NCBI GenBank assembly: GCA_001793095.1
Contig: MGHG01000008.1
Location: forward strand, 269 to 64,268
DNA: 64,000 nucleotides
DNA from: Candidatus Woesebacteria bacterium RIFCSPLOWO2_01_FULL_39_23
GTDB lineage: Bacteria; Patescibacteriota; Microgenomatia; UBA8517
Direction of reading: 5' to 3'
The position numbers and the translations under genes are program-made. Below are positions 18,317 to 28,803 of this stretch, piece by piece (position 1 is the stretch's first letter; each line of letters starts with the position of its first letter). The notes under the pieces were generated by a model. That model made no database searches. It worked only from the letters and a program-made list of their open reading frames with translations, and had not been told where the DNA came from.

Positions 18317-20584
18317 TTAGGTCTCACCACCTTCTTCCAGAAGTTGTTGCATTTCATCTTTATTTAATACTCCCGTCACAATTTCTTTTACTACACCCCG
18401 CCTATCAATTAAAAAGTGCATCGGAAGAGAACTAACGGCATAATCCTCTACCAGCTCTCCATCAGTATCAACAATAAAGTCACTTTCGTATTTACCTTTC
18501 TTTTGAAATATCCTGACTTTGGATTTAGTTTCTTCGCTTACGAGAATTCCCCCTGCAAAGAGGTCGTCCGAAATTAGGTCATCAAGAATGGATATCTGTT
18601 CGGTTGACGGCGGCGACCAGGTATTAACGAAGGATAGGATAAACGATCCGCCTCTTTTGGTATTTAAGGAAAATTTATTATCTTCAATTGTCGGGAGGTT
18701 AAAATTTTTTGCTTCCTTACCAATTAATTTTCCGACACCAGCACTGCTTTTAACACTTTTGAGAACCACATCCGCCTTCTTGGAAAATAGATCCGCAAAT
18801 CCGATTCTCAGACCAAAAAGATTGAGTCCTCCGCCTTTTTGTAATACAAAATCAGAATTCAAGGGAGTACCTGCGTCAAGCTTAAATATCTTACTCGTCA
18901 ACTTGTTATAAAAAGGCGATCTGATTTCGAGATAATATTTCCCGGGTGGTAGGAAATATTGGTAATTACCGTTGTCATCCAGTTTTTGCGGATTCTCCTG
19001 GCCAAAAGTTCGGGCGTCCCACAAAGACCAAGATTCTGTAAGTTGATCCTGAATATATATTGCCACCTCGCCTTTGGTCACCATCTTCTTATTCTCATCC
19101 CTGACATGTCCCTCCTCAACCGCAACAACACGTCCAAGTTCACGATCGGTTATATTGCCGGCTCCGTCGGCGGCATGAGTTGAAAGATCATATGTTCCGG
19201 TATCAGGCAAGTTAATCACGCCATGCCAAAGCCCAGTTTCGGGGCTTTGAGATAATGAAAACATTTTTTCCTCCCGCCCTGAGCCCACCGAATGGGCTAT
19301 TAAATCAATCGACGTCGGCCCGCCGACTGCCGTCAGAGTTATTTTTATTTCCAAGCCTTTCAAGGTAATAATTACCCCGTTTTTATCCGGAAGTAAAGGT
19401 TGCGGGCCTAAGGAAAGTAAATTTCCGCCGACTCTCGGAGGCAGCCTATCGATCACCAAATCGAGTGCTGTCGATATACCGACATTACCCGCCGAATCGA
19501 TCGCACGGACTTTTATCTTATAATTCCCATCATCAAATATAAACGGTACAAAGGAGTATTCTGTACTTTTTGAACCCAAATCTTCCACAACTTCAACAGG
19601 CAACCAATTAACCCCGTCATCAGTTGAATAGTCAATGCTTGCAACGTCTTCGTTGTCACTTGCTGAGCCTTCGATCTTCCCAGCCGCTGTTACACTCCCC
19701 GTAATTTCAGTTGTAATAATTACTCTTGGCGCTACCGTGTCGCGAATTATTACAGGTGTCGGTGTTGGAGTTGCAGTTATCACACTTGTAGTCGATGTTG
19801 ATGAGGGCACTGGTGTCGAAGTCGCAACTACGGTTCCCGCCGCCGCAGTCGTAAAAGAGTTCTCAGAGGAACATCCCTGGTTATTTGCCGCATCAGTCGA
19901 ACAAACCTGATAATAATAAGTTGTCCCAGGAGCAACAGATTGCGTAATGGTCTGTGAATGCGAAGTTACCAATGCAGTATCTACTTTCGAAAATGTATAA
20001 TCTGCAGGATTAGCTGAGACATCATATTCAACCTTGGAGGTTGCGGCCTCGTTTGTTGTCCACCCCACTGTTGCTTGCGAGGTTGTTACACCCGATACTG
20101 AGATCTCCAAAATCTGAGGCGCCGTGGTGTCTGGAGCAGCACCAGTAACATTAAAATTTAAAGTTCCAGCACAATTATATGGACTAGCTCCTCCTGGATC
20201 ATCTGAAACCTGGACGCTCCAGCTTCCCGAAAATCCTGTCAAGCTTGAGGGGATAATTGTCTCAAACCTGGGAGCTGTGTTTGTACCTGGAGTCAATGAA
20301 TTTCCAGTAAAGGTAACAACATTTCCGGAAACACTTCTACTCCAATTAGACATGATAGTTCCGGGGTCTAAACTTGCGTGAGGGGTGGTTATTCTAAACC
20401 AATTGATATTAACCGAATCGGTATTATTAATAGTAATTGTAAATTGAAGATAATCATCAGGATTCACTTCTGTCGGACTAACAGTTGCAGAGCAAGAAGA
20501 TACGGTTGCCCAAGTAGTGGAGATCGAACGTATAAATAACAATACCGGCAGTAGCGTAGCAACAAGAAAAAATATTTTTTTCAT
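18317..20584 (-). CDS. Secreted multidomain protein: signal peptide, FN3-like, Ig-like, carboxypeptidase-regulatory-like, and C-terminal thioredoxin-fold (TlpA/redoxin-like) domain lacking CxxC
   Basis: Signal peptide MKKIFFLVATLLPVLLF. FN3-like segment ...ATVGWTTNEAATSKVEYD...GTTYYYQVCSTDAANNQG. C-terminal redoxin-like fold has WSPP in place of WCxxC. Confidence 0.55.
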   Translation of the reverse strand: MKKIFFLVATLLPVLLFIRSISTTWATVSSCSATVSPTEVNPDDYLQFTITINNTDSVNINWFRITTPHASLDPGTIMSNWSRSVSGNVVTFTGNSLTPGTNTAPRFETIIPSSLTGFSGSWSVQVSDDPGGASPYNCAGTLNFNVTGAAPDTTAPQILEISVSGVTTSQATVGWTTNEAATSKVEYDVSANPADYTFSKVDTALVTSHSQTITQSVAPGTTYYYQVCSTDAANNQGCSSENSFTTAAAGTVVATSTPVPSSTSTTSVITATPTPTPVIIRDTVAPRVIITTEITGSVTAAGKIEGSASDNEDVASIDYSTDDGVNWLPVEVVEDLGSKSTEYSFVPFIFDDGNYKIKVRAIDSAGNVGISTALDLVIDRLPPRVGGNLLSLGPQPLLPDKNGVIITLKGLEIKITLTAVGGPTSIDLIAHSVGSGREEKMFSLSQSPETGLWHGVINLPDTGTYDLSTHAADGAGNITDRELGRVVAVEEGHVRDENKKMVTKGEVAIYIQDQLTESWSLWDARTFGQENPQKLDDNGNYQYFLPPGKYYLEIRSPFYNKLTSKIFKLDAGTPLNSDFVLQKGGGLNLFGLRIGFADLFSKKADVVLKSVKSSAGVGKLIGKEAKNFNLPTIEDNKFSLNTKRGGSFILSFVNTWSPPSTEQISILDDLISDDLFAGGILVSEETKSKVRIFQKKGKYESDFIVDTDGELVEDYAVSSLPMHFLIDRRGVVKEIVTGVLNKDEMQQLLEEGGET

Positions 20585-20680
20585 AATATTGCTATTTCAG
20601 AATAGCAGGAAGTTACTTGATCTATCAAGTTAAGACGATTAATATCATTTTAGTATGGATAATAATGAAGGTGACTAATT

Positions 20681-23170
20681 ATGGCAACAGCGACAATAGC
20701 AACTGGCTTAACACGACTTACTGCTTGTGAGGCTGCCCATGACTCGTACTGGCTGGGTACGGGTGGTGCCGCATCTTCGCAAAACACAGATCTTGTTAAG
20801 GAGGGTTCGGCATCAAGAGCGAGACGTATTGATAATACGACTTATGGATTCTCCTTTAATTACTATGCAGCTAACGGTAACACAACTATCGATCTTTCCA
20901 GTACCCACGTATGGTTATGGTTTCTATGTCTTCAACCCGGTCTAGTTGCTTCTATCACGTCAGGTGGAATAAGAATTAGAATATCTTCAAATACAACTGC
21001 CAACACTTCAACCTATGCAGAATGGTATGTTGGCGGTAACGAAAATTACAAAGGTGGATGGAAAAGGTTTGTTGTTAATACAGCAAAGACCCCAACAGCT
21101 ACCAACGGTTCTCCCAATCTCGCAGCTGCTACAAATGTTGGTATTGTAGCTACCATGGGTGACGTTGGAGGTAATGTCGCAAATGTTGCCATAGATTGCA
21201 TTGACGCAGGAAACGGCATAGTTGTCTATGGGGGTACATCAAGCGATAAGTTAACCTTCCAAAATATTGCAGATGCAGACACTGCCAGTACCTCCACTCC
21301 AAATTATGGCATCTTAGAAAAAACAGGCGATGTTTTTAATATGTTAGGCACCCTACAGCTTGGTGAGTCCACCGGCACAAATGACACATATCTTGACGAT
21401 GAAGACTCTATTTTAATATGGCAGGAAAGACCGTACTATGACAATACTTCCCAAGTGACAGCTACTGCAGATACTTTCAACAAGTTATCTGTAGTAGGTA
21501 GTGGAACTGCCGGACAAGACATCGACTTTCAGTGCGGAAATAAAGTCGGGACTGGAGATACTGCCGTAGGTTCTAATGGTGTCCTTTTCCAAGCAGAAAA
21601 AGGCTCAAACTTAACTAAACTCACGGTGGATCTTGACGACGCAAATGTGGATTACGTCAAATTATATGGTTGTACCATTAGGAGAGCATCCCAAGGAGTC
21701 ACGTTTTGTAACGACTCAACAAATGGCCCTAACCACGAATTAATAGGTACTACAATCGACCAGTCAGGCCAAGTCGATGTAGGTAGAGTTGAAGTTAGAA
21801 ACTGCACTTTTTCAGGAACAACTGCCAGCGATTATAGTGGTAGCGCATTATTATGGAATGCAAATATTGATGTAAAAAACTGCTCATTTCTTGCAAATTT
21901 ACTGACAGGTGGCCCTGGTGAGGACGAAACCTTTACCTCTGCGAACGTAAACACAACCACTAATATAATTACTATCACTGGGCATCCGTTTTCCAACAAC
22001 GATGTTGTCGAGTTTTCGACAACTACTACCATCCCTGCACCTCTAGTTGCTGGTACTAATTACTACGTTGTCGGTGTTAGCGGAAACGACTTCCAGGTAT
22101 CGTCAACACTCGGAGGCAGCGCAGTAGATTTAACAAGTGGCGGTTCAGGAACCCACACCGTAAAAACTGTTGATGCTCATGCAATTAAGCACTCTACCAC
22201 GGGCACATTCACCCATGACAACTTAACACACACAGGCAACGACTACGATATCGAAAATTCGGCTGCAGGGACAAACACTGCAACGTATGGAGCTGATGCT
22301 GGTACCGAAAGAGATGGATCAACAAATATTTATAGTGGAAGTATAGTTGGAGCTGGTCAATCTTTTGCAGGAGATGGTGGAACATTGTCTAATGTCACTT
22401 TCTACCTACAAAAGACAGGTAGTCCTACTGGCAATATTACTGCTAAGGTTTATGCTCATTCAGGGGTATATGGTACCTCTTCTGTTCCTACAGGCGGTGC
22501 TCTTGCTACCTCTGAAACTATCTCCGCCACTACCATAAATAGAGAGTGGTCTTATGCGAATTTTTTCTTTACAGGAGAAAGCGGGTCCCCTGATAATAAT
22601 ATTGTTTTAACTAATGGCACTGATTATGTTGTTACTATTGAATATAGTGGAGGTGATGTAAGTAATTACATTAGTGTAGGCACGGATACCTCTACTCCTG
22701 GCCATGGTGGAAACTTCTCAACCTATAATGGTTCAGTTTGGAGCGCTGTCAGCGGCACGGATGCACTTTTTAGACTTAGGACAGGTGGTATTGTAGTAGT
22801 TAACACAACCAATGGTTCAAACCCCGGCCTAGCTCACAATACTGGATCCCCACCTGGATCTACAACGATTATTAATTCCGTCAATCTTACGGTTCGAGGA
22901 GTTTCCGCCGGAACAAGAGTCGCATTCATCGCTAATGAAACCACTGCTCGGCATACACTGGGCGACATTATCGCAAGTGGAGAAGCAAACAGTAGTGGCA
23001 TTTTTACTTACTCCTATAATTTTACTGTGTCTCAAGGAATTAATATAATTTCGAGATTGGTCGGTTACCTACCTTTCAAATCCACAGATACAATTGATTC
23101 CGGAGGTGTTGATGTTACTGCTGTTTGGCAAATTGACCCAATTTCGGACAAGATTGATACGAGCGGCTAA
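20681..23170 (+). CDS. Giant Ser/Thr/Gly-rich protein with no signal peptide; beta-rich repeats; possible surface or virion-like structural protein
   Basis: 829 aa, about 35% S/T/G, no N-terminal hydrophobic segment. Confidence 0.45.
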   Translation: MATATIATGLTRLTACEAAHDSYWLGTGGAASSQNTDLVKEGSASRARRIDNTTYGFSFNYYAANGNTTIDLSSTHVWLWFLCLQPGLVASITSGGIRIRISSNTTANTSTYAEWYVGGNENYKGGWKRFVVNTAKTPTATNGSPNLAAATNVGIVATMGDVGGNVANVAIDCIDAGNGIVVYGGTSSDKLTFQNIADADTASTSTPNYGILEKTGDVFNMLGTLQLGESTGTNDTYLDDEDSILIWQERPYYDNTSQVTATADTFNKLSVVGSGTAGQDIDFQCGNKVGTGDTAVGSNGVLFQAEKGSNLTKLTVDLDDANVDYVKLYGCTIRRASQGVTFCNDSTNGPNHELIGTTIDQSGQVDVGRVEVRNCTFSGTTASDYSGSALLWNANIDVKNCSFLANLLTGGPGEDETFTSANVNTTTNIITITGHPFSNNDVVEFSTTTTIPAPLVAGTNYYVVGVSGNDFQVSSTLGGSAVDLTSGGSGTHTVKTVDAHAIKHSTTGTFTHDNLTHTGNDYDIENSAAGTNTATYGADAGTERDGSTNIYSGSIVGAGQSFAGDGGTLSNVTFYLQKTGSPTGNITAKVYAHSGVYGTSSVPTGGALATSETISATTINREWSYANFFFTGESGSPDNNIVLTNGTDYVVTIEYSGGDVSNYISVGTDTSTPGHGGNFSTYNGSVWSAVSGTDALFRLRTGGIVVVNTTNGSNPGLAHNTGSPPGSTTIINSVNLTVRGVSAGTRVAFIANETTARHTLGDIIASGEANSSGIFTYSYNFTVSQGINIISRLVGYLPFKSTDTIDSGGVDVTAVWQIDPISDKIDTSG

Positions 23171-23287
23171 GGCTAACAGACGGCACAGACCAACCACTTG
23201 ACACTGAGTCCACTAAGTAAATATACTGACTATGATAACAGCTGTCTGAATTTCGGGCAGTTGTTTTGTGCAAGTTTAATTTAACAA

Positions 23288-23914
23288 ATGTCCTCTAGCA
23301 GTAAAAAGGTTAAACCAAAAGATACGGCTCAGATAGAAATTGCTGTTAAAAATGCTCGGGTCGGAAGCTCTTTTGCAATATTTGTGGATACCCAGGCCAG
23401 AAGATATACCCAAGGACAGGTGAGGGCTAGTAGTTTTAGTATATCAATTCCCTCTGGTTTTGCTAAAAGTGCTAAATTAAACATCTTAGAACCCCGTACC
23501 AGGGAAAGCCGCGGAAGATTGTTAAGTATTGATATCGATCCCCTAGAATCCAAAACGGTAGATGTAAGTCAGTATATCCCTACTCCTTCATCGTTATCAG
23601 AAGAACCAAAGTCAGAAAAAGGCAAAAAGCTAATTCAAAATAAGCTGCAAGAAAAGGTCCAGCAAGCAAAAGAAAATGCTCAAGACGCAATGCATGAGGA
23701 AGAAACCACGGCCACGCAAGAAATAACAGATGTGCCGCAACACAAGAGAAATTTTCTGGAAAACAAACTAAGAGAACAAATTCAAGAAAAAAAGGCCGTT
23801 GACTCAGGAACCCCAGAAGCAAATAATGAAAATGGTGAGAATTCTAACACCGAAGAAGCAAACCAAGATGAGGAAGGGAAACCTAAAAAAAGTTTCTGGG
23901 ATAGACTAAGGTAA
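23288..23914 (+). CDS. Hypothetical protein with K/E-rich acidic disordered C-terminal half
   Basis: N-terminal ~100-aa globular part, then a K/E/Q-rich region. Confidence 0.4.
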   Translation: MSSSSKKVKPKDTAQIEIAVKNARVGSSFAIFVDTQARRYTQGQVRASSFSISIPSGFAKSAKLNILEPRTRESRGRLLSIDIDPLESKTVDVSQYIPTPSSLSEEPKSEKGKKLIQNKLQEKVQQAKENAQDAMHEEETTATQEITDVPQHKRNFLENKLREQIQEKKAVDSGTPEANNENGENSNTEEANQDEEGKPKKSFWDRLR

Positions 23915-23936
23915 GTTTAAAACTTAAAAGTCAAAA

Positions 23937-23951
23937 GTTATTAGTTATTAG
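23937..23951. repeat. Heptamer tandem repeat (GTTATTA)x2, same family as the 58129-58177 array
   Basis: GTTATTAGTTATTAG immediately upstream of the 23966 start. Confidence 0.4.
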
Positions 23952-23965
23952 TCAAATTAAATACC

Positions 23966-26900
23966 ATGGCAATTTCAGCAGATTGGGACGTCGATTTCAT
24001 TAATAAAGTTATAAGCCACGTTGATGGTACTCTAGACTATGATGGCGGCTCGGGCACATTGCCTTCCGTTGGAGCCTACGTCAAAGGTACGACTTCAAGT
24101 GCTGTCGGCAAAGTGCTCTCCATCACAACTACAGATTCCACAAGCGGTAGACTCACCCTTACCAATGTTGTAGGCAGATTTCAGGATAACGAAACTCTGG
24201 ATGCACTTGATTCCCTTGGTTTCAATTCTGTTGCAAACAGCGGTTTTAGGGTTGGCGATACTTTAAGAGATACTGCAACTAGAACCATCGATGTTGCGGC
24301 TTATGAATACAACTACACCGAAGCAACTACCGCGGGAGACGGTACGGTTTGGGGCACTTTTGCAGGAGCTGGCTCTTTTACAAACACAGAACAAATTGAC
24401 ATTTCGGCACCTGCCGCTCGAGCCCAAACAGATGTTGCCAATGTCGACGGAGCTGAAGTTGCCGGCGTATCTTTTTCAGCAGCTGCCGCTGGAGCTCTTA
24501 CCGAACCCACCGGATCTGACTGTATTATCATCAATTTTGATGCGGGTACTCAAGCCGTTCCAAGATTTGCTTTTATACAGGATGACCAAACAAACTCCCC
24601 AGGTCAAACAGCAGTTGTTCAAAAAGTTTACGGAGTTACGGCAACAGGTTCACTTCGTTTAGTCGACACGACCGGTACGTGGGCAAATAACGATAATATT
24701 TATGTTAGAAAATTACCATACGATAATTTACAGAGTACTTCGTTTAAAATCGGGGATAAAGTCGTAGGCGGAACATCCGGATATAGCGGTAAGGTAATCA
24801 ACGTTGAGGCAAGTTCATCCACCGAAGGCAAAATCACACTCCAAAATCAAACAGGTATTTTTACCAACGACGAACAAATCCGAGTACGTACAACCACCGA
24901 TACTTACTATGCTGATGTAGACATCGCAGCAACTGCTGACCAATACGAACTTGCTGCTGTCCAAAATGGAGCTCTAATCTCAAACCAGTTGCAAACTCAA
25001 GGAGGAATTTACAACGCAACAAGCTTAAATATCATTCGCGATTCAAATTCCCTATATACATTTCTCCAGGATACTCTTGATGAACTCGGAGCCTTGGATG
25101 ATGAAATTCCGATGACCGCCCAGGTTGCCTTGCAGCAGTTTACTTTGGTTAATGGCTGGAAAATTCCGGATCTTGCCTACCGATTCCTTGAGTCCGGTTC
25201 TATTCAGGACTCGGCACTTGATAATATCTGGACCAACTTCCAGTCTCTTGGATCCGTAGAAGGCATCGGTAATACTGTTTATGCAGCCACCACTCCCTTG
25301 CCTCAATTCTACATTGAACAAGACGGATCAGTTATTTCATCGTGGTGGTATTACGGGCATATAGATGTACTTGTTAAAGTTAAAACAAATTCCAACCCTG
25401 AATACTCGGCCGTGGCAACAGGTGCCTTAATCAACAGTGGTACGGTGACTATTTTTAACCGCAACTATACCCATACTTTTGACCACTTTACGACGACAAC
25501 TATAGCTGGAGTTGCTCCTATCCCTTTGGCCACTGCAAGCGACTTAAACAATGCTACAGGTACTCATCGGATTGATTATGACAATGAATCAGGCGGTCCT
25601 TTTGTGGTAGGAGAAGAAATAGTCAAAACAACCCCAACTGATGAAACCAAACGTGGCATAATTACAGCTTTGGTTGATAACGGTCTAACCGGTCAAATTA
25701 GCTATGTTCTGACGGGTGCCAATAATTTCGCAAATAACGATCAAATTACCGGTCAAACTTCCAATGCTACAGCGGACGTTAATGAGGCGGTTGAAATAGA
25801 AGAATTGGTGGCTGGCTACGGTGACAGAATCATTATTGCAACAGTAGACGGTTATGTAACTTACACCGGCGGATCGGGCACGTTCAGGAATGGCGAAACA
25901 GTTGTCCAAGTAACTACAAATGCAGCAGGCGTCATGATGTACGACGACACCATCAATAGTCGACTCTGGTTGGGAAATATCAGTGGAACATTCAGCGGCA
26001 ATAACACCATAACAGGTGATGGGAGTAGTGCAACCAAAACTTTCACCGGAGGCTCCACGTTAACCGACCAAGATACTATATCGCGGGATATCGGGGAAGG
26101 CGGTAGCCAACCTTATCACACGGTAATTTATCTTAACCGCGATGCCCAAGGTAACGGCGACACCCTTGCACATATGTACGAGTGGGTTAAGTATAGAACC
26201 AGAAGTTTGGAAACTGCAGGAGAGCCGTCTTATAATCTTTTGGGTGGTTATGGTACAAATACAGGTGTTCAGGGTCGGCTCTATATTACTCTAAACACTT
26301 CCTATGCTTTAGTTAAAGCTTCACCTCTTGGTACCTTCGCCGGAGGTACTTTCTTTGGTGCTCGTGGAGTTTTTGTCCAAAATATGAGCAGTGCAGATAT
26401 CAGAAACTATCAGCTGATCGATGCGAACGGAATTGTGCGTAACCCGCCAAATTTGCAAACTTTAACAGTTTCCGGAGTAGTCAGCGGCGATAGGGTTGCG
26501 GTTTTCCGTACCTCTGGTGGCAATATCCAGGTCGACGAGTATCAAATCGCAACAGAAGCGGGTGCGTATAATGGCGCCACAGACACTCAAATCCAAATTC
26601 AAAACGGAACAAGAAATGCAACAAGCGAGGTTACCGACATCCCGGATTCAGGTGTCATCAGAGTCCTTGATCCCAACGACACCAACTTATATCTTTCGAT
26701 TTCTTATAGCGCAATTACCAGGGCATCGACCGGTGCTATTTTTGCCCTTGATACCGGAGATAACGCCACTATTGCCTCTGTAACCACAATTAGTTTAGTT
26801 CAGGGAGATAATGCGTTTGTACCGCTAATTGAGGCGCAGGCTACAACTACAAGCGTATCAGCAAATATTGTTTACGATTCGGACGTTGGCAATATTCCAA

Positions 26901-27013
26901 TACTTACCCGTGTGCGTATCAAAGGAATTTTGCCTTTCGAGGTTGCCGGTAGCTTTACCTCTAGCGGTGCGACAGTTGCTGCTATCCGCTCACTCGACAG
27001 CATCGTTGATTAA
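23966..27013 (+). CDS. Giant Ser/Thr/Gly-rich protein with internal ~45-aa repeats (G.xV.GxTSG..GkV...) and no signal peptide
   Basis: 1015 aa. Repeated motifs include GAYVKGTTSSAVGKVLSI.., GDKVVGGTSGYSGKVINV.., EEIVKTTPTDETKRGIITAL.. Confidence 0.45.
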   Translation: MAISADWDVDFINKVISHVDGTLDYDGGSGTLPSVGAYVKGTTSSAVGKVLSITTTDSTSGRLTLTNVVGRFQDNETLDALDSLGFNSVANSGFRVGDTLRDTATRTIDVAAYEYNYTEATTAGDGTVWGTFAGAGSFTNTEQIDISAPAARAQTDVANVDGAEVAGVSFSAAAAGALTEPTGSDCIIINFDAGTQAVPRFAFIQDDQTNSPGQTAVVQKVYGVTATGSLRLVDTTGTWANNDNIYVRKLPYDNLQSTSFKIGDKVVGGTSGYSGKVINVEASSSTEGKITLQNQTGIFTNDEQIRVRTTTDTYYADVDIAATADQYELAAVQNGALISNQLQTQGGIYNATSLNIIRDSNSLYTFLQDTLDELGALDDEIPMTAQVALQQFTLVNGWKIPDLAYRFLESGSIQDSALDNIWTNFQSLGSVEGIGNTVYAATTPLPQFYIEQDGSVISSWWYYGHIDVLVKVKTNSNPEYSAVATGALINSGTVTIFNRNYTHTFDHFTTTTIAGVAPIPLATASDLNNATGTHRIDYDNESGGPFVVGEEIVKTTPTDETKRGIITALVDNGLTGQISYVLTGANNFANNDQITGQTSNATADVNEAVEIEELVAGYGDRIIIATVDGYVTYTGGSGTFRNGETVVQVTTNAAGVMMYDDTINSRLWLGNISGTFSGNNTITGDGSSATKTFTGGSTLTDQDTISRDIGEGGSQPYHTVIYLNRDAQGNGDTLAHMYEWVKYRTRSLETAGEPSYNLLGGYGTNTGVQGRLYITLNTSYALVKASPLGTFAGGTFFGARGVFVQNMSSADIRNYQLIDANGIVRNPPNLQTLTVSGVVSGDRVAVFRTSGGNIQVDEYQIATEAGAYNGATDTQIQIQNGTRNATSEVTDIPDSGVIRVLDPNDTNLYLSISYSAITRASTGAIFALDTGDNATIASVTTISLVQGDNAFVPLIEAQATTTSVSANIVYDSDVGNIPILTRVRIKGILPFEVAGSFTSSGATVAAIRSLDSIVD

Positions 27014-27240
27014 GAAGAAAGAGCAGCTATTATCTCTTGTGTTGCTGCAATCAAAGCATCTGCTTGCTCATTAGCAATTTTGTCTCCCCTTTGGGCTTCA
27101 ACAGAGTTTATAGCTTGTAACGAATTAATCGCTGCCTGGTCATTATTTTCATTTACATCATTAAGTGCATTTTGTGCTGCCTCGAGTTTCTGATCTAAGC
27201 TATTTTCAATGCCGTTTTGTAGATTAAAAGATATTACCAA
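27010..27240 (-). CDS. Small coiled-coil hypothetical protein
   Basis: 76-aa ORF, A/Q/N-rich helical sequence; weak support. Confidence 0.25.
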   Translation of the reverse strand: MVISFNLQNGIENSLDQKLEAAQNALNDVNENNDQAAINSLQAINSVEAQRGDKIANEQADALIAATQEIIAALSS

Positions 27241-27319
27241 ATCGACAAGATCCTCTATAGCCTGTGAGGGTGTAAGAATATGGACTGTAATTCTGCTCGG
27301 CGAAATCCCGGATCCACTA

Positions 27320-28465
27320 TCATTGTCGGTTTTGCCACTCGAAAAAATTATTTTTTGTCACTGTCTGCCAAGTAGAATTCGAGTACGCTTCTCTCCATGC
27401 TTTGGGGGGGTGAGTCCTCCCTTTTAACCACTTAACTTCATGCGCTTTGAGTACACCAGAGCTTTCTTCCACAAGATCTATCTCTTGTTTTTCATAAGTC
27501 CTCCAGAAATATAAAAGTTGACGGTTCCCTGTAAAATTATCCCGTTTTTTCTTTTCGGAAATAACAAAATTCTCCCATAACTGTCCTACATCGCTTCGCA
27601 GACTAAGTGGATTATAATTATTAATCAAAGCGTTTCTAACACCCAAATCATAGAAGTAAATTTTTCGAAGTTTCCCCAACTCTTTTCGTAAATTTCTACT
27701 GAAAGGCCTTAACTTAAAAACGATATACGCCTTTTCTAATATGTCAACATAAGTTTCTGCTGTTTGCTTGCTCACCCCAACAAGCCGTCCCAGCTCTACA
27801 TACGAGACCTCATTACCCATCTGAAGTGCAAGTCCTTCAAGAAGTTTTCTTATAACTTCTGAGCCCTTAAGATCTTGGAATTTTAGTAGATCCTTATACA
27901 GGTAATTGTTGCTGATCTTGCCAATTTCGATCTTCTTCTCGTCCAAACCCAACGAAAGAACTACGTTTGGATAACTACCATATATAAGTAAGTTCTCCAA
28001 ATCTCTATTAAATGCTAATCCATCACCTGCTTTGTAAATTTCAGATACTGCCAACGGATATAACCAAAACTCAATACTTCGCCCCGTTAAAGGCTCGCTG
28101 ACGTCATTTGCCAATTCAAACGAAGAAGACCCCGTAGCAAGTATTTGAGTTTCGGGAAAATTATCAATCAGAAGTTTCAACTTGAGTCCAATATTTCTAA
28201 CCCTCTGCGCCTCATCAATTACTACTAACTTGGCTCCCCCAATAATGTGTTTAAGGGCAACTGAAGTGTCAGCTTCCAAAAACAATTTTTGAATATCGGC
28301 CTCGTCGCAGTTAAGATATCTGGAAGGTATTGAGTCGTAATCCTGAAGAATTTTTTTGACCAGAGTAGTTTTACCAACCTGCCTGGCACCATATAAAATT
28401 AAAATGCTTTTCTTAAAAAGGTTAGATTTAATTAAGGGTTCAATTTTGCGCTCAAAATATATCAT
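27320..28465 (-). CDS. AAA-family ATPase with DUF4143 (COG1373-type ATP-binding protein)
   Basis: Walker A GARQVGKTTL; Walker B VVIDEAQ; length and architecture typical of this family. Confidence 0.7.
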   Translation of the reverse strand: MIYFERKIEPLIKSNLFKKSILILYGARQVGKTTLVKKILQDYDSIPSRYLNCDEADIQKLFLEADTSVALKHIIGGAKLVVIDEAQRVRNIGLKLKLLIDNFPETQILATGSSSFELANDVSEPLTGRSIEFWLYPLAVSEIYKAGDGLAFNRDLENLLIYGSYPNVVLSLGLDEKKIEIGKISNNYLYKDLLKFQDLKGSEVIRKLLEGLALQMGNEVSYVELGRLVGVSKQTAETYVDILEKAYIVFKLRPFSRNLRKELGKLRKIYFYDLGVRNALINNYNPLSLRSDVGQLWENFVISEKKKRDNFTGNRQLLYFWRTYEKQEIDLVEESSGVLKAHEVKWLKGRTHPPKAWREAYSNSTWQTVTKNNFFEWQNRQ

Positions 28466-28608
28466 TTAAATTAGGTAAATAGATTTCCCTAATTTATACC
28501 GAATTAGGGAAGGTTTGTCAAGCGATTAACTTGACTTAAAGTCCGAAGCGTACGAACCCCATATTCATCACCAATGTTTTTAATGTGCAGATAATATATA
28601 ATTAAATA

Positions 28609-28803
28609 ATGCCAACTGCATCGGATACAAAAAAACAAAAAGACGAGTTTGAAAAAGACAACCAATATTCGATTAAAACTCTGGAAGAAAATATTGCCAG
28701 AGCTGAGCAAAATATCCAAATATTCTCAGCTGAAGTCCAGAAACAAATAATGCTTAAGGCTGAGCTTGAAGCCCAATTGGCTGCACTCAAGGCAAAGAAA
28801 TGA
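28609..28803 (+). CDS. Small coiled-coil hypothetical protein
   Basis: 64-aa ORF, K/E/Q-rich helix; weak support. Confidence 0.25.
   Translation: MPTASDTKKQKDEFEKDNQYSIKTLEENIARAEQNIQIFSAEVQKQIMLKAELEAQLAALKAKK

Noticed and set aside
20727-20945. Several antisense or alternative-frame ORFs of 60-130 aa inside the large CDSs (for example 711-1016, 12459-12755, 19635-19910, 24291-24662, 43514-43999)
   Set aside because: Each lies wholly within a longer, motif-supported CDS. Their composition is the mirror of the host gene's codon bias.
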